Shown here piece by piece: positions 28,541 through 38,518 of a stretch of DNA of 64,000 nucleotides. Origin of the DNA: an uncultured Pseudomonadales bacterium. Its GTDB lineage: Bacteria; Patescibacteriota; Microgenomatia; UBA1400; UBA12028. The DNA lies in the NCBI GenBank assembly GCA_964635905.1, contig CAZWPK010000005.1, positions 4,695 to 68,694 of the forward strand, read 5' to 3'. The notes under the pieces were generated by a model. The model saw only the letters and a list, made by a program, of their open reading frames with translations, had not been told where the DNA came from and ran no database searches. Position numbers and translations under genes: made by a program. The first letter of the stretch is position 1, and each line of letters opens with the position of its first letter.

Positions 28541-30040
28541 TTAGTGGGTCATTTGCATCGCTTCTCCACCAGACGTCTTTCGACGAAGTGGGGAGGGATC
28601 AATCGAATGAAGTTCAGATAGATCCTTCACACCGCGAAACACATAGGAAAGAATGACATCTTCGGTGAGTGAGTAGATGTTATACGCAAGTGTAGGCAAC
28701 GAGTACTGCATGTACGCCATTAGGGCTTGTCGAGTTTCTCCCTCCACGAAGGATGGAATTCCAAAGGGAAGCATATGCTTATCCAAATACTTGGTTCGTG
28801 CGGATGCTTCTCCACCGTATGGCTTGAAGAACTTCCCATCATCCCCCACACAAAAACGCATGCCACCGGGACTCTCAATCGTTCCCCCTCCGGCAATGCG
28901 TGACACTCCAATTCCACTCGCACCTAAGACTAAAGTAGTTGCGATGTGATCACTGGCACCGCCTTCCACTACGATGGGAATTCCCACCACTCCACGTAAA
29001 CTCCATACGAGCTGTGGCCAATCGATCACACTCCCACTGCGGACCCCCGTAATACAACGACCACCCCCACCAATGCCCACATAGAGTCCATCCGCACCGG
29101 CTTCTTCTAGTCGCTTAGCTTGTCCCACATCCACAACCTGACCTGCAAAGATCTCGATATCCTTCCCAAATTCTTGGCGCAGTAATTGCACCGTATCCAG
29201 CACCGCTATTCCTGGTTCTGGGGAGTACACACGAAAGGCACGGACACCAACCTCATAGAGCGCTTGTGCACGTTTGAGAGCTTTGTTTCCTTCTGTCTCC
29301 ACGACACCCATCAAATTGCGTTTCCACATGGAGAGCAACCACTCTTTATCGTTTCGACCAACCAATACTTCGCTGGCTGCCAGCGCATTTACAGTTTCTT
29401 TGACTAAATCAACTTGTCGTTGGATATCATGAAAGACGCTGTTTCGCGGAACACCGACCAAACAGTGCAGTTGTGCCATCGTCGATAGCGCACTCACGCT
29501 GCCATAAATATCGGGCATTGCGGATCCAACAAGCAAGGATCGTGCATGTTTTCCCATTTTGACAAACGGACCATATTGCAAACGTTGGGCTCTACCGACC
29601 CGTTCATTGGTGGAACCTACCACTTGGACTCCTAAATCGGAAACCGAGAGAGCAAGTCCTTCTTTGGCAGAGGATTCCATGGCCTGTGAAGATACGGCTG
29701 GCGGAGGGGTGAAGACGGATCGCTCTACCCACTTGAGTTCTTTAAGTCTGTCGGGATGATTGAAGACTTCCAACACATATTGTCGAACGCGCAGCGTTGC
29801 AATCATTGCCTCGGGAGAGAGCATCATGGTTTTATGCGTGTGTAAAAAATCAAAGGGTGTTTGCAACAAACCTTGACTGGGATAGGCGGTACTCTCATCA
29901 CCGCTTTCAATAAACCAGAATTTTAAATAATCGGAAAGATGATGTTCGTACGGAGAGAGTTTGGCAAGAATGTAGTCTTGCCAGGTTTGATCACGAAATG
30001 TTGCAAACGTTGGTTGCGGTACAGTGGTCATGTCAAGCAC
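28541..30040 (-). CDS. Divergent IMP dehydrogenase/GMP reductase-family (PF00478-like TIM barrel) protein with an unusual ~190-aa N-terminal region
   Basis: VGIGGGGRCITG (Cys loop, cf. GIGPGSICTT), IVVEGGASDHIATTLVLGASGIGVSRIAGGGTIESPGG (cf. [21 protein letters not shown]...LLAGTEESPG), FVEGETRQ (cf. PEGIEGRV). Confidence 0.6.
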   Translation of the reverse strand: MLDMTTVPQPTFATFRDQTWQDYILAKLSPYEHHLSDYLKFWFIESGDESTAYPSQGLLQTPFDFLHTHKTMMLSPEAMIATLRVRQYVLEVFNHPDRLKELKWVERSVFTPPPAVSSQAMESSAKEGLALSVSDLGVQVVGSTNERVGRAQRLQYGPFVKMGKHARSLLVGSAMPDIYGSVSALSTMAQLHCLVGVPRNSVFHDIQRQVDLVKETVNALAASEVLVGRNDKEWLLSMWKRNLMGVVETEGNKALKRAQALYEVGVRAFRVYSPEPGIAVLDTVQLLRQEFGKDIEIFAGQVVDVGQAKRLEEAGADGLYVGIGGGGRCITGVRSGSVIDWPQLVWSLRGVVGIPIVVEGGASDHIATTLVLGASGIGVSRIAGGGTIESPGGMRFCVGDDGKFFKPYGGEASARTKYLDKHMLPFGIPSFVEGETRQALMAYMQYSLPTLAYNIYSLTEDVILSYVFRGVKDLSELHSIDPSPLRRKTSGGEAMQMTH

Positions 30041-30094
30041 TGAGTGTACACTACATGGCAGAAGAAAAAAACGCGCAGTTATTTCACACTGGGA

Positions 30095-31531
30095 TTAACT
30101 CGAAATACCTGAATGTGCTTTTGCCACAATGAATTGCCCTTCCGGGGAATCTTGAACCACAAAGCCTGCGTTTGCAATTTGCTCACGTAAAGAATCTGAG
30201 GTTGTAAAATCTTTTGCCTGTCGAGCTTTCTGTCGTTTTGCAAGTAACTCTTTTACAGATTCAGGGATTGTAACAAGTTGCTGCTGATACTGAGCAACCA
30301 ACTTGGATACTCCAAGTCCTAAGACTGAGTCAAACTCTCCAACTAGATCGACTTTATCGCGGCCAGGGATATTACTTTTTAATACTTCCCACAGGATGGC
30401 AATTGCCTGCGGAGAATCTAAATCTTCCTGTAAGGCATCAAAGAAACGGGTGCGATAGGTAGAAATTTTTTCCATCTTTTCTTCTGAGAGACTATCACGA
30501 TCAGATTGTCCAGAAATGCCAGAGAGAATAGCTACCAACCGATGGAGCGCTGTTTGCGACGCTTCCAAATTTTTCCAAGTAAAGTTTAACTCACTGCGGT
30601 AATGCGAAGTGTAAAACAAAAGTTTAAGCGCCATCGGTGAAAACCCTTTGGAAATAACATCGTCGATCGTAAAAAAATTGCCCAAGGACTTACTCATTTT
30701 TTCCCCATCCACGCGTAGGAAATTATGATGGACCCAGAAGCGTACAAACGGATGTTTTCCGGTAGCTGCCTCTGCTTGCGCGATTTCATTCGTGTGATGA
30801 ACCGGTATGTGATCAATTCCCCCGGTATGGATATCGAACTGCTCACCTAAATACTTCATTGCCATGGCGGAACATTCAATGTGCCAACCCGGGAAACCTT
30901 TTCCCCAAGGACTGTCCCATTCCATCTGTCGTTGTTCGTTTGATGGAGAAAATTTCCATAACGCAAAGTCCGTTGGCTGCTTTTTCCCCGCAACCATTTC
31001 TACCCGAGCACCCGCTTTTAACGACTCTACATCCAACTGTGCCAGGCTTCCATACTCTGGAAATTTGCTGGTATCGAAATACACTCCATCAGGAAGGGTA
31101 TAGGTATACCCTTTTTTCTCTAAGCGGGAGATGAGCTCAATCTGTTCTGGAATGTGATCGGTGGCTTTACAGCTAATATCTGGACGACCGATGCCCATTT
31201 GATCCAAACTCTTCCAATAGAATGCTTCAAATTCAGCTGCAATTTCCCAAACCGACTTTCCGTATTTCTTTGCCCCTTTTTCCATTTTGTCTTCCCCAGT
31301 GTCACCATCGGAGACTAAATGCCCGACGTCGGTAATATTTTGGACGTGTGTCAAAGAAAGCCCTTGTTGGCGAAGTACTCGCACAAGAAGGTCATCCATT
31401 GTGTACTTACGCAAATGTCCTAAATGGGCATAGTCATAGACAGTGGGACCACACGCATACAGACCAACGGTCGCGGCAGTTACGGGAGAAAAGTCTTCAA
31501 TTGATCTTGTCAGCGAATTGTAGAGTTTCAT
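30095..31531 (-). CDS. cysS: Cysteinyl-tRNA synthetase
   Basis: HIGH motif as HLGHLRKY, KMSKSLGN, and a Zn-binding Cys (YACGPTVYD). Confidence 0.9.
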   Translation of the reverse strand: MKLYNSLTRSIEDFSPVTAATVGLYACGPTVYDYAHLGHLRKYTMDDLLVRVLRQQGLSLTHVQNITDVGHLVSDGDTGEDKMEKGAKKYGKSVWEIAAEFEAFYWKSLDQMGIGRPDISCKATDHIPEQIELISRLEKKGYTYTLPDGVYFDTSKFPEYGSLAQLDVESLKAGARVEMVAGKKQPTDFALWKFSPSNEQRQMEWDSPWGKGFPGWHIECSAMAMKYLGEQFDIHTGGIDHIPVHHTNEIAQAEAATGKHPFVRFWVHHNFLRVDGEKMSKSLGNFFTIDDVISKGFSPMALKLLFYTSHYRSELNFTWKNLEASQTALHRLVAILSGISGQSDRDSLSEEKMEKISTYRTRFFDALQEDLDSPQAIAILWEVLKSNIPGRDKVDLVGEFDSVLGLGVSKLVAQYQQQLVTIPESVKELLAKRQKARQAKDFTTSDSLREQIANAGFVVQDSPEGQFIVAKAHSGISS

Positions 31532-31566
31532 TCTTTCCTTTCAACACGATTGTCAGTTCCAAGCTA

Positions 31567-31592
31567 CAAAAAATCCGTCACTCGGGACGGAT
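31567..31592 (-). terminator. Terminator-like hairpin plus U-tract in the cysS 5' leader (possible attenuator)
   Basis: Minus strand reads ATCCGTC-CCGAGT-GACGGAT followed by TTTTTTG, about 45 nt upstream of the cysS ATG in a divergent intergenic region. Confidence 0.35.
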
Positions 31593-31748
31593 AGTATGCA
31601 TTACATATCTGCCCAAGAAGACACTTAACGTGGACAGCAACAGATAGTAAATCTGGACTCATGCATAGCCACGAGTATACGGTGTGGACGTGTGAAATAC
31701 AACCTTACCCTTGAATCTGGGACAAAAATTGCGTAAAAATACAAAAAA

Positions 31749-32294
31749 ATGCAATTGGAACAGAGAGAGTACTGCTATTTTATTGGAATCGGTCTTCCGC
31801 CTATCGAGGATCGTTTTTTTTCTGCGCTCAAAGCCACGTACAGCAGAGTTGAAGAGCTTTCAAGCCCGCCCCACATTACCATTAAACCACCCTTTTTCCA
31901 TCGCAATGAGTCCTACATTATCGAAAGACTAACTGCGTGTTGCCTTAAGGTTGATGCCTTTGCGGTCAACATTTCCCTAGTCGGAAGCTTTGGCCATCAA
32001 CGGAATAGTACGGTCTTTTTAGCTCCAGAAAAAACCTTCGAACTAAAAAAGTTAGAACGCAAAATTAGCGACGCGTTTAGTTTTCTTCCTCCAAACCCTG
32101 ACTATCATCCGCATCTGACCATCGGTCAACGCATTCCGCATGCGGACGTTTCTTCGGTTAAAGCCCAACTGCGTGCACAGTCAATTACGCTACAGCTCTT
32201 GGTAAAAAGTGTGACCCTGTATCGGAGAAGCGATCATCAGGGATGGATTCCATTGGTTCGTTGCCCATTAAAGACGGAAGATTTTGCCGATTAG
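31749..32294 (+). CDS. 2H phosphoesterase superfamily (LigT/ThpR-like RNA 2',3'-cyclic phosphodiesterase)
   Basis: Two H-x-T/S-x motifs (HITIK and HLTIG) at the expected spacing. Confidence 0.7.
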   Translation: MQLEQREYCYFIGIGLPPIEDRFFSALKATYSRVEELSSPPHITIKPPFFHRNESYIIERLTACCLKVDAFAVNISLVGSFGHQRNSTVFLAPEKTFELKKLERKISDAFSFLPPNPDYHPHLTIGQRIPHADVSSVKAQLRAQSITLQLLVKSVTLYRRSDHQGWIPLVRCPLKTEDFAD

Positions 32295-32773
32295 CCGGCA
32301 CCTACACGCTTTTCTGCATTGGCAGCATCTTGAGCCATTTGGACCTGAAGATTTTGCGCTTTAGATTTCTCTAGTTGTTTGATCTCAAAGCGTTCTTGTT
32401 CTTTTTGTTGATCAGCTGCGGCGCGTTTCTGCGCATCTTCTTGTTTCTTCTGTTCAAAATAGACTTGCGATTGTTGTTGAATTTTGTCGTGGAGCGCTTG
32501 ATGTTGCTCTACTTTAAACGATTCATCTTGCTTCATCTTTTGAGCAATCTGTGCTTGAGAAACTGCATCATTGCCCTTTTCCGCCGTGCCACTATCGGCA
32601 TCCCCACCACCAGCTCCAGAACTACCCAAGAGCTCCTCCAAAATATCTAACGGGGTTTTGGCAATTTGCTTGGCAGTGTCCGAGATTGCACTCTTGGCTG
32701 AATCGGCAACACCTGTTCCAATATCGGAAACAGCTTGGGTAACTGCTTGGCCGGCTGCTTGAAGCATACTCAT
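32291..32773 (-). CDS. Hypothetical low-complexity Gln/Ala/Lys-rich coiled-coil protein
   Basis: Long ORF with compositional bias and no signal peptide. Its stop overlaps the ligT-like stop. Confidence 0.45.
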   Translation of the reverse strand: MSMLQAAGQAVTQAVSDIGTGVADSAKSAISDTAKQIAKTPLDILEELLGSSGAGGGDADSGTAEKGNDAVSQAQIAQKMKQDESFKVEQHQALHDKIQQQSQVYFEQKKQEDAQKRAAADQQKEQERFEIKQLEKSKAQNLQVQMAQDAANAEKRVGAG

Positions 32774-32807
32774 ATAAAAATAAGTATAGCGTATTCCACA
32801 CTGTGGG

Positions 32808-33104
32808 TCACGTTGTGCGTTTCTTTAAATCTATCAATCGAAGTTTTAAGGTATCGACTGCCTTAAAAAAAGCTGCATAAAAGTTCTTGGCGTTCTCTTT
32901 TACCATTACGGTTTTACCCTGTACAGAGCCAATCAGTTCTACAGTGGCCAAGGATTCTTTTTGATGTTTGTGACGATTGACGTCAATTAAGACTTGAACA
33001 GAAGTTAACGATGGAAGCTTTGATAGTTTGGAGAGACGTTGAGTGACAAAAGTTTTTAACCCGCTCGTAAGTGGTACATTTTTACTGGAAAGAATAAGTT
33101 GCAT
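32808..33104 (-). CDS. hpf: Ribosome hibernation promoting factor / RaiA (short form)
   Basis: MQLILSSKNVPLTSGLKTFVTQRLSKL...VLIDVNRHKHQ, typical of S30AE/YfiA. Confidence 0.75.
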   Translation of the reverse strand: MQLILSSKNVPLTSGLKTFVTQRLSKLSKLPSLTSVQVLIDVNRHKHQKESLATVELIGSVQGKTVMVKENAKNFYAAFFKAVDTLKLRLIDLKKRTT

Positions 33105-33154
33105 GTGAATCCTCCGATAACTGACTACATACTGTAAAGGGTTCTTTTTGTGTC

Positions 33155-33772
33155 CTACATCGTCCTCCTTCCTTCTAGTGCTCGCGTTAAGGTCACTGAG
33201 TCAGCGAATTCAATATCGGCTCCGACGGGAAGTCCATGGCCGATCCGCGAAATAATCGGCATAGGATGCTGCGTTTGCTCGTGCCAGTCCTTGATAATAT
33301 GTTGAATATACATGGCCGTGGCTTCCCCCTCCATCGTCGGGTTCGTGGCTAAGATGATTTCCTGCGTCTGGTCTAACCGTTTCACAATATCGCGTAAATA
33401 TAATTGATCGGGTCCAATATTATTTAACGGGGAAATTGCTCCGTGCAATACATGATATACCCCGTGGAATTTTTCGCTACGTTCTAATGCTAGTACATCG
33501 AGTGGTTGCTCCACCACACAGAGTAATTCTGTATTCCGAGCGATGTCGGAACAAATTTCACAGGGATCGTGTTCCCCGACGTTATGACAAATGGTACAAA
33601 TTTTGGTGCCTTTTTTAAGATCAAGTAAAATCTGTGAAAATCGCTCCAATTCACTTTCAGGATTATGTAAGAGATAAAACACCAGACGCTGAGCGGATTT
33701 CGGTCCAACACCTGGAAGTTTTTCAAATTGTTCAATAGCATGCCGAATCGATCGGGGAAGTTTCATGAGCAT
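33155..33772 (-). CDS. recR: Recombination protein RecR
   Basis: HhH (LPGVGPKSAQRL), C4 zinc finger (CTICHNVGEHDPCEIC), Toprim. Confidence 0.9.
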   Translation of the reverse strand: MLMKLPRSIRHAIEQFEKLPGVGPKSAQRLVFYLLHNPESELERFSQILLDLKKGTKICTICHNVGEHDPCEICSDIARNTELLCVVEQPLDVLALERSEKFHGVYHVLHGAISPLNNIGPDQLYLRDIVKRLDQTQEIILATNPTMEGEATAMYIQHIIKDWHEQTQHPMPIISRIGHGLPVGADIEFADSVTLTRALEGRRTM

Positions 33773-33854
33773 GACGAGACTATCACATCGATGGCCACTC
33801 TGAGAAGGGCTTTCTTACTTGCAACGAACTTCCTTTGTAGACTAGGATAGAGTT

Positions 33855-35597
33855 GTGACGAGTGCCACACCACATTCTCCAGTCCAAGCCGGTCAAAAAG
33901 GGTCGTCTCTTTCTGCAATGCTTGCTGCCAAACTCCCAATTCTCCCGGGGTTTATTGTTGCAGCTCAAGCATTCGAAGAATTTATTGCATTTAATCGACT
34001 TCAAGAACAAATCGAAGAGATCATCGAAAAGAGTAATGCGCAAAGCCCATCGGAATTGGCCAAAAGTGCAAAAGCAATTCATCGTTTAATTGCACACGGA
34101 GAATTTCCACCCCAATTAGTCGCTCAAATTCTTCCCATGTATCTCAAGATTGGTCAGGGACGCGTATTTTTGTCTCCTAGTGTCCATGTCCACGATGCAG
34201 TCTCCCCATTTATTGACACCGTTGACCATTTCTTTTTTGGATACGAGGGCGAGGCAAACATCTTTGAAGGAATCAAAGAAGTGTGGAGTCATTTCTTTGA
34301 CCCCAAACCACTTTTCTATCGCATCAAACACCATACCAATCATTTTCAACTTCCCTTTGCCGTGTGTATCCAACGTCACCCCAAGTTTCAAACAACGGGA
34401 ATTCTCTACACCAGCGATCCCACTGCCACACAAAAAAATACGTGTCTGGTAAAAGCCGTCTTAGGAGAGCAAGGGTTAATTGAAGAGGTACAAGGTGCGG
34501 ATTACTATTGGATTTCAAAATCCTCCAAAGAAGAACTCAAAACTGTCATCGACAAACAAACAGAGTCGATTGTTTGGGAACATGGAGAATCCGTGTTTAA
34601 AAAGATCACGGGTCCGTCGTCACAGAAACGAAAGCTCCCAACTGCAGCGATCGGATTGCTTAGTAAGCTTGCCGGAAAAATCCAGCAACATTTTTTCTTC
34701 CCCCAAAAAGTTGTCTTTGGTTGGGATGGGAAAACAGTCTGGGTCGTTGATGTCGCGCCACTGGAGATGCCTCTCTTTGCGCCCCATCATTTGCAATCGC
34801 ATCCATCCTCTGTCGTGGTGAATCCCGCGCAGCCATCTTCCACCGTACCATTAAAGCGTCCACAGACGACTCAAACGATCCCAACGATTGGCCTGCTGCA
34901 TCCCCTCACACCCGACGCGCGTTTGCCTGCCATGCAGCCAACGGGACATCTCTACCTACAACCCGAACTATTACTAGAGGCGATGTCGGCAGGAAAAGCT
35001 ATCTCCACACGCTTAGTCGCCCATGAGCTACAAAAGACCTTAACGTTTCTGTGTACCAAATCCCATGCACCAAAAGGATTTTTCTACGAAATTGATACCC
35101 ATAAGCCGGAGCTGGTCGCCTCCCAGCTTCAAGCGTTAGCTGCCACAAAAACACAATTTGCAACGCTTCCTTTTGGCTTAGTGTTTGGGCATGTTGAACA
35201 CTGCTCCGCCTATGCGCAAACAGTAAAGACCGTGCTAGAAATGGGTTTAGTTCGTGCCAGTATGCTTACCTACTATCTACTGTTGTCGGTACCTAGTCAG
35301 CTGTACGAGATCGAACCGTGTGTCCAAAAGGGCTTAGACGGAGTGGTCATCGATGTGGATGAAATTGCCCGTCACTTACATGCCAAAAACGAGCTATCCG
35401 CGGCTGACTTTTCTTCTCCCGCTGTGATAGAGTATGTACGGAGTGCAACAGCGATTTGTCATCAAGAAGGCATCCTGTGTTTCATCAAAAGCATCCACTC
35501 CCCTACGCAAGACATGCTGGAAGTCTTTAACACATCCGATCTGGCCGAGTGGATAGGCACCCCGCAAGCGGGTCAGTATATTCGCGATCATCAATAA
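33855..35597 (+). CDS. PEP-synthase/pyruvate-phosphate-dikinase-like protein: N-terminal PPDK_N nucleotide-binding domain, Pro/Ser/Thr linker, degenerate C-terminal barrel-like region, no phosphohistidine (mobile) domain
   Basis: KGSSLSAMLAAKLPILPGFIV (cf. GGKGANLGEM...PVPPGF) and VVFGWDGKTVWVVDVAPL (end of PPDK_N). No GGRTSHAAI-type His motif anywhere. Confidence 0.6.
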   Translation: MTSATPHSPVQAGQKGSSLSAMLAAKLPILPGFIVAAQAFEEFIAFNRLQEQIEEIIEKSNAQSPSELAKSAKAIHRLIAHGEFPPQLVAQILPMYLKIGQGRVFLSPSVHVHDAVSPFIDTVDHFFFGYEGEANIFEGIKEVWSHFFDPKPLFYRIKHHTNHFQLPFAVCIQRHPKFQTTGILYTSDPTATQKNTCLVKAVLGEQGLIEEVQGADYYWISKSSKEELKTVIDKQTESIVWEHGESVFKKITGPSSQKRKLPTAAIGLLSKLAGKIQQHFFFPQKVVFGWDGKTVWVVDVAPLEMPLFAPHHLQSHPSSVVVNPAQPSSTVPLKRPQTTQTIPTIGLLHPLTPDARLPAMQPTGHLYLQPELLLEAMSAGKAISTRLVAHELQKTLTFLCTKSHAPKGFFYEIDTHKPELVASQLQALAATKTQFATLPFGLVFGHVEHCSAYAQTVKTVLEMGLVRASMLTYYLLLSVPSQLYEIEPCVQKGLDGVVIDVDEIARHLHAKNELSAADFSSPAVIEYVRSATAICHQEGILCFIKSIHSPTQDMLEVFNTSDLAEWIGTPQAGQYIRDHQ

Positions 35598-35607
35598 TCA
35601 GAGTATT

Positions 35608-36864
35608 ATGGCAAAAATCACACAACTACAGGCGCGTGAAATTCTCGACTCTCGGGGATATCCAACCGTGGAAGTTCGGATCGAGTTAGATTCTGGGCAA
35701 TCGGTTCGCGCAAGTGTTCCGGGAGGAACTTCGAGTGGGAAACATGAAGCCGTCGAAATTCGCGACAATGATCCCAGTCGCATGGGGGGCAAAGGAGTAC
35801 GAAAAGTCGTTGCTACCATTAATGATATTATTCGGCCGGTTTTTATTGGCCAAGACCCCGTGCGTCAGACTTCTGCTGATCAATTACTCTATAACTTAGA
35901 TGGAACCATCAATAAATCCAAGCTTGGTGCCAATGCCATCTTGGGCGTGTCCACTGCAGTCTGTAAAGCCGGAGCCGCCAGTGTGGGAATGCCCGTATAT
36001 CGCTATTTTAAAGAGAAATATGGGTTGACCTCCGCCCTCCGAATGCCATCCCCAATTTTTAACTTGATCAATGGGGGACAACATGGAGCCGGAAATCTAG
36101 ACTTCCAAGAATTTCATATCATTCCAACCAGCAACAAACCCTTCTCCGCCTCCTTAGAATTAGGGGTAGAAATGTTCATGGCCTTGGAACAAGTACTGAT
36201 TGCCAAGAATGCAATTCACAGTGTTGGGGTGGAAGGTGGATTTGCTCCCAACTTATTTACCAACTTGGATGCCCTGGAATTACTCAATGAAGCCATGAAA
36301 CAAACCTCGTTCCTCTTCGGTCAAGATTTATTTTTCGGCCTCGATGTGGCCGCCTCGTATTTTTACAAGAACGGAAAATACTCCATCCGCGATCGTCAGG
36401 AAGCGTTCTCGACAAAAGAGCTCATGGAATACTACAAAGAGCTGAATGCAAAATATCACATTTTCTCTATCGAAGATCCCTTCCATGAAGACGACTGGGC
36501 AGCCTGGACCGAATTAACCGCGCAGATTTCCGATCGTGTCGTGGTCGTTGCTGATGATTTAGTGACTACGAATAAAGAACGATTACAACGAGCAATCAAA
36601 GAAAAAGCTTGCACCTCCCTCATGATTAAGCCCAACCAAATTGGAACCATTAGTGAGACAGTCGAGGTCGTCAAAATCGCCAAGGACGCAAAAATGCAAG
36701 TCGTTGCTTCACACCGTTCGGGTGAAACCAATGATGATTTCATTGCGGATCTCGCCGTCGGCTTAGGTTGTGATTACACCAAATTTGGAGCCCCCATTAG
36801 AGGAGAACGAATCGCCAAATACAATCGACTCCTCGAAATTGAAACGGAACTAAATTCCGCTTAA
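35608..36864 (+). CDS. eno: Enolase
   Basis: MAKITQLQAREILDSRGYPTVEV and the full enolase signature. Confidence 0.95.
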   Translation: MAKITQLQAREILDSRGYPTVEVRIELDSGQSVRASVPGGTSSGKHEAVEIRDNDPSRMGGKGVRKVVATINDIIRPVFIGQDPVRQTSADQLLYNLDGTINKSKLGANAILGVSTAVCKAGAASVGMPVYRYFKEKYGLTSALRMPSPIFNLINGGQHGAGNLDFQEFHIIPTSNKPFSASLELGVEMFMALEQVLIAKNAIHSVGVEGGFAPNLFTNLDALELLNEAMKQTSFLFGQDLFFGLDVAASYFYKNGKYSIRDRQEAFSTKELMEYYKELNAKYHIFSIEDPFHEDDWAAWTELTAQISDRVVVVADDLVTTNKERLQRAIKEKACTSLMIKPNQIGTISETVEVVKIAKDAKMQVVASHRSGETNDDFIADLAVGLGCDYTKFGAPIRGERIAKYNRLLEIETELNSA

Positions 36865-36872
36865 TCCATTGT

Positions 36873-38501
36873 ATGCCTTCCAAAATTCGTCCAGTTGTCC
36901 TTCTCATTCTTGATGGATGGGGAATCGGTCCTGCCAATGCCGGGAATGCAATCACGCAAGCCAATACTCCAAACTTACGTCGTTATTGGGTGTCGTATCC
37001 CCATACGCAATTATTGGCGTCCGGAGAGGCTGTCGGACTGCCTAGAGGTGAAGATGGGAATACGGAAACCGGCCATTTAAACATGGGTGCAGGTAGCATC
37101 GTATATCAAGACCTCCCACGCATTAACATGAGTATTGCCGATGGCACGTTTGAACAGAATCCAGTTTTCTTGCAAGCCTTTGAACATGTTAAACAGAACA
37201 ATTCGGTATTACACCTGATGGGACTCGTAGGTTCCGGTGGCGTCCATTCGAACATTGACCATTTATTTGCACTGCTCCTCAATGCCAAACAAAAAGGCTT
37301 AGGTGAAAATGTCTTTTTACATTTATTCACCGATGGTCGCGACTCGCCACCCACATCGGCGATCTCCTTTATCACCCAAATTCAGGCAAAATGTAAATCG
37401 CTGGGCGTTGGCCAGATTGCAACGATCATGGGTCGCTACTATGCCATGGATCGCGACAAGCGCTGGGACCGAACCCAGATTGCCTATGATGCACTAACTC
37501 TCGGGAGTCCGTCGTGTACGCAAGACCCCTTAGCCGCAGTCAACGACTGTTATAACCGTGGTGAAAATGATGAATTCATCAAACCCATCATGGTCTGTAC
37601 CCCACAAGGAAAACCCAAACTCGTCTCGGACAACGACGCGATTATCTTTTATAATTTCCGAATTGATCGTCCTCGACAATTAACCCGCGCCTTTGTGCTT
37701 CCAAACTTTGAGAGCGGCATCACGTCGGAAGGCTTTGATCCGTACACCGTAAAATATCAGCATACCCACCTACAATCCACATCCACTGCTCAAACCTTTC
37801 AACGAAACAAGGTACTCAAGAATTTGTATTTTGTTACCATGACCGAATATGAACGTGGGCTACCAACAAATATTGCCTACCCTCCGCAAGCCGTCGAAAT
37901 GCCGTTAGGAAGAGTGCTTGCCGAACATGGGCTCAAACAATTGCGCATGTCAGAAACAGAAAAAGAACGGTTTGTGACCTATTACTTTAACGGATTACGT
38001 GAAGATCCCTTTCCAGGTGAAGATCGAGTCATTATCCCCTCACAAAAAGTTGCAACGTATGATTTGGCTCCCGAGATGAGTGCGAATGAAATCACCGCGA
38101 CCTTTCTAGAACGGCTCAACAGCGATTTGTATGATGTTGCAATCATCAACTTTGCCAATGCCGATATGGTAGCGCACACCGGAAATTTAAAATCAACGAT
38201 TTCAGCCTGCGAAATCTTAGATCGTTGTGTCGGGAAAATTGTTGACGCGGTTACCGCTCGAGGAGGCGTTGTTTTAATCACCGCAGACCACGGGAATGCA
38301 GAAGAAATGATTAACAATCAAACGGGGGAAATGGATACGGAACATTCCACCTATCCCATTCCCTTCTTTTGTATTGGCAAGCCATTCCAAAACAATACCA
38401 CGATGTTGCAATCCGGAATTCTTGCAGATATTTCTCCAACCATCTTGCATTTATTAGGAGTAAATAAGCCTGTGAGCATGAGTGGGCGGATTCTAATCTA
38501 G
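36873..38501 (+). CDS. gpmI: 2,3-bisphosphoglycerate-independent phosphoglycerate mutase
   Basis: VLLILDGWG, GHLNMGAG, HLMGLVGSGGVHS, ITADHGNAEEM. Confidence 0.9.
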   Translation: MPSKIRPVVLLILDGWGIGPANAGNAITQANTPNLRRYWVSYPHTQLLASGEAVGLPRGEDGNTETGHLNMGAGSIVYQDLPRINMSIADGTFEQNPVFLQAFEHVKQNNSVLHLMGLVGSGGVHSNIDHLFALLLNAKQKGLGENVFLHLFTDGRDSPPTSAISFITQIQAKCKSLGVGQIATIMGRYYAMDRDKRWDRTQIAYDALTLGSPSCTQDPLAAVNDCYNRGENDEFIKPIMVCTPQGKPKLVSDNDAIIFYNFRIDRPRQLTRAFVLPNFESGITSEGFDPYTVKYQHTHLQSTSTAQTFQRNKVLKNLYFVTMTEYERGLPTNIAYPPQAVEMPLGRVLAEHGLKQLRMSETEKERFVTYYFNGLREDPFPGEDRVIIPSQKVATYDLAPEMSANEITATFLERLNSDLYDVAIINFANADMVAHTGNLKSTISACEILDRCVGKIVDAVTARGGVVLITADHGNAEEMINNQTGEMDTEHSTYPIPFFCIGKPFQNNTTMLQSGILADISPTILHLLGVNKPVSMSGRILI

Positions 38502-38518
38502 ACCGCTGAACTCTTTTC

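Noticed and set aside
31532-31748. T-box riboswitch upstream of cysS
   Set aside because: I looked for the T-box consensus (AGGGTGGNACCGCG) and a specifier-loop architecture on the minus strand and did not find them. Only the terminator-like hairpin is reported.
33783-34082. 99-aa minus-strand ORF overlapping the start of the PEPS-like gene
   Set aside because: It is antisense to a gene with a clear PPDK_N domain; the translation is Cys/Phe-rich low-complexity.
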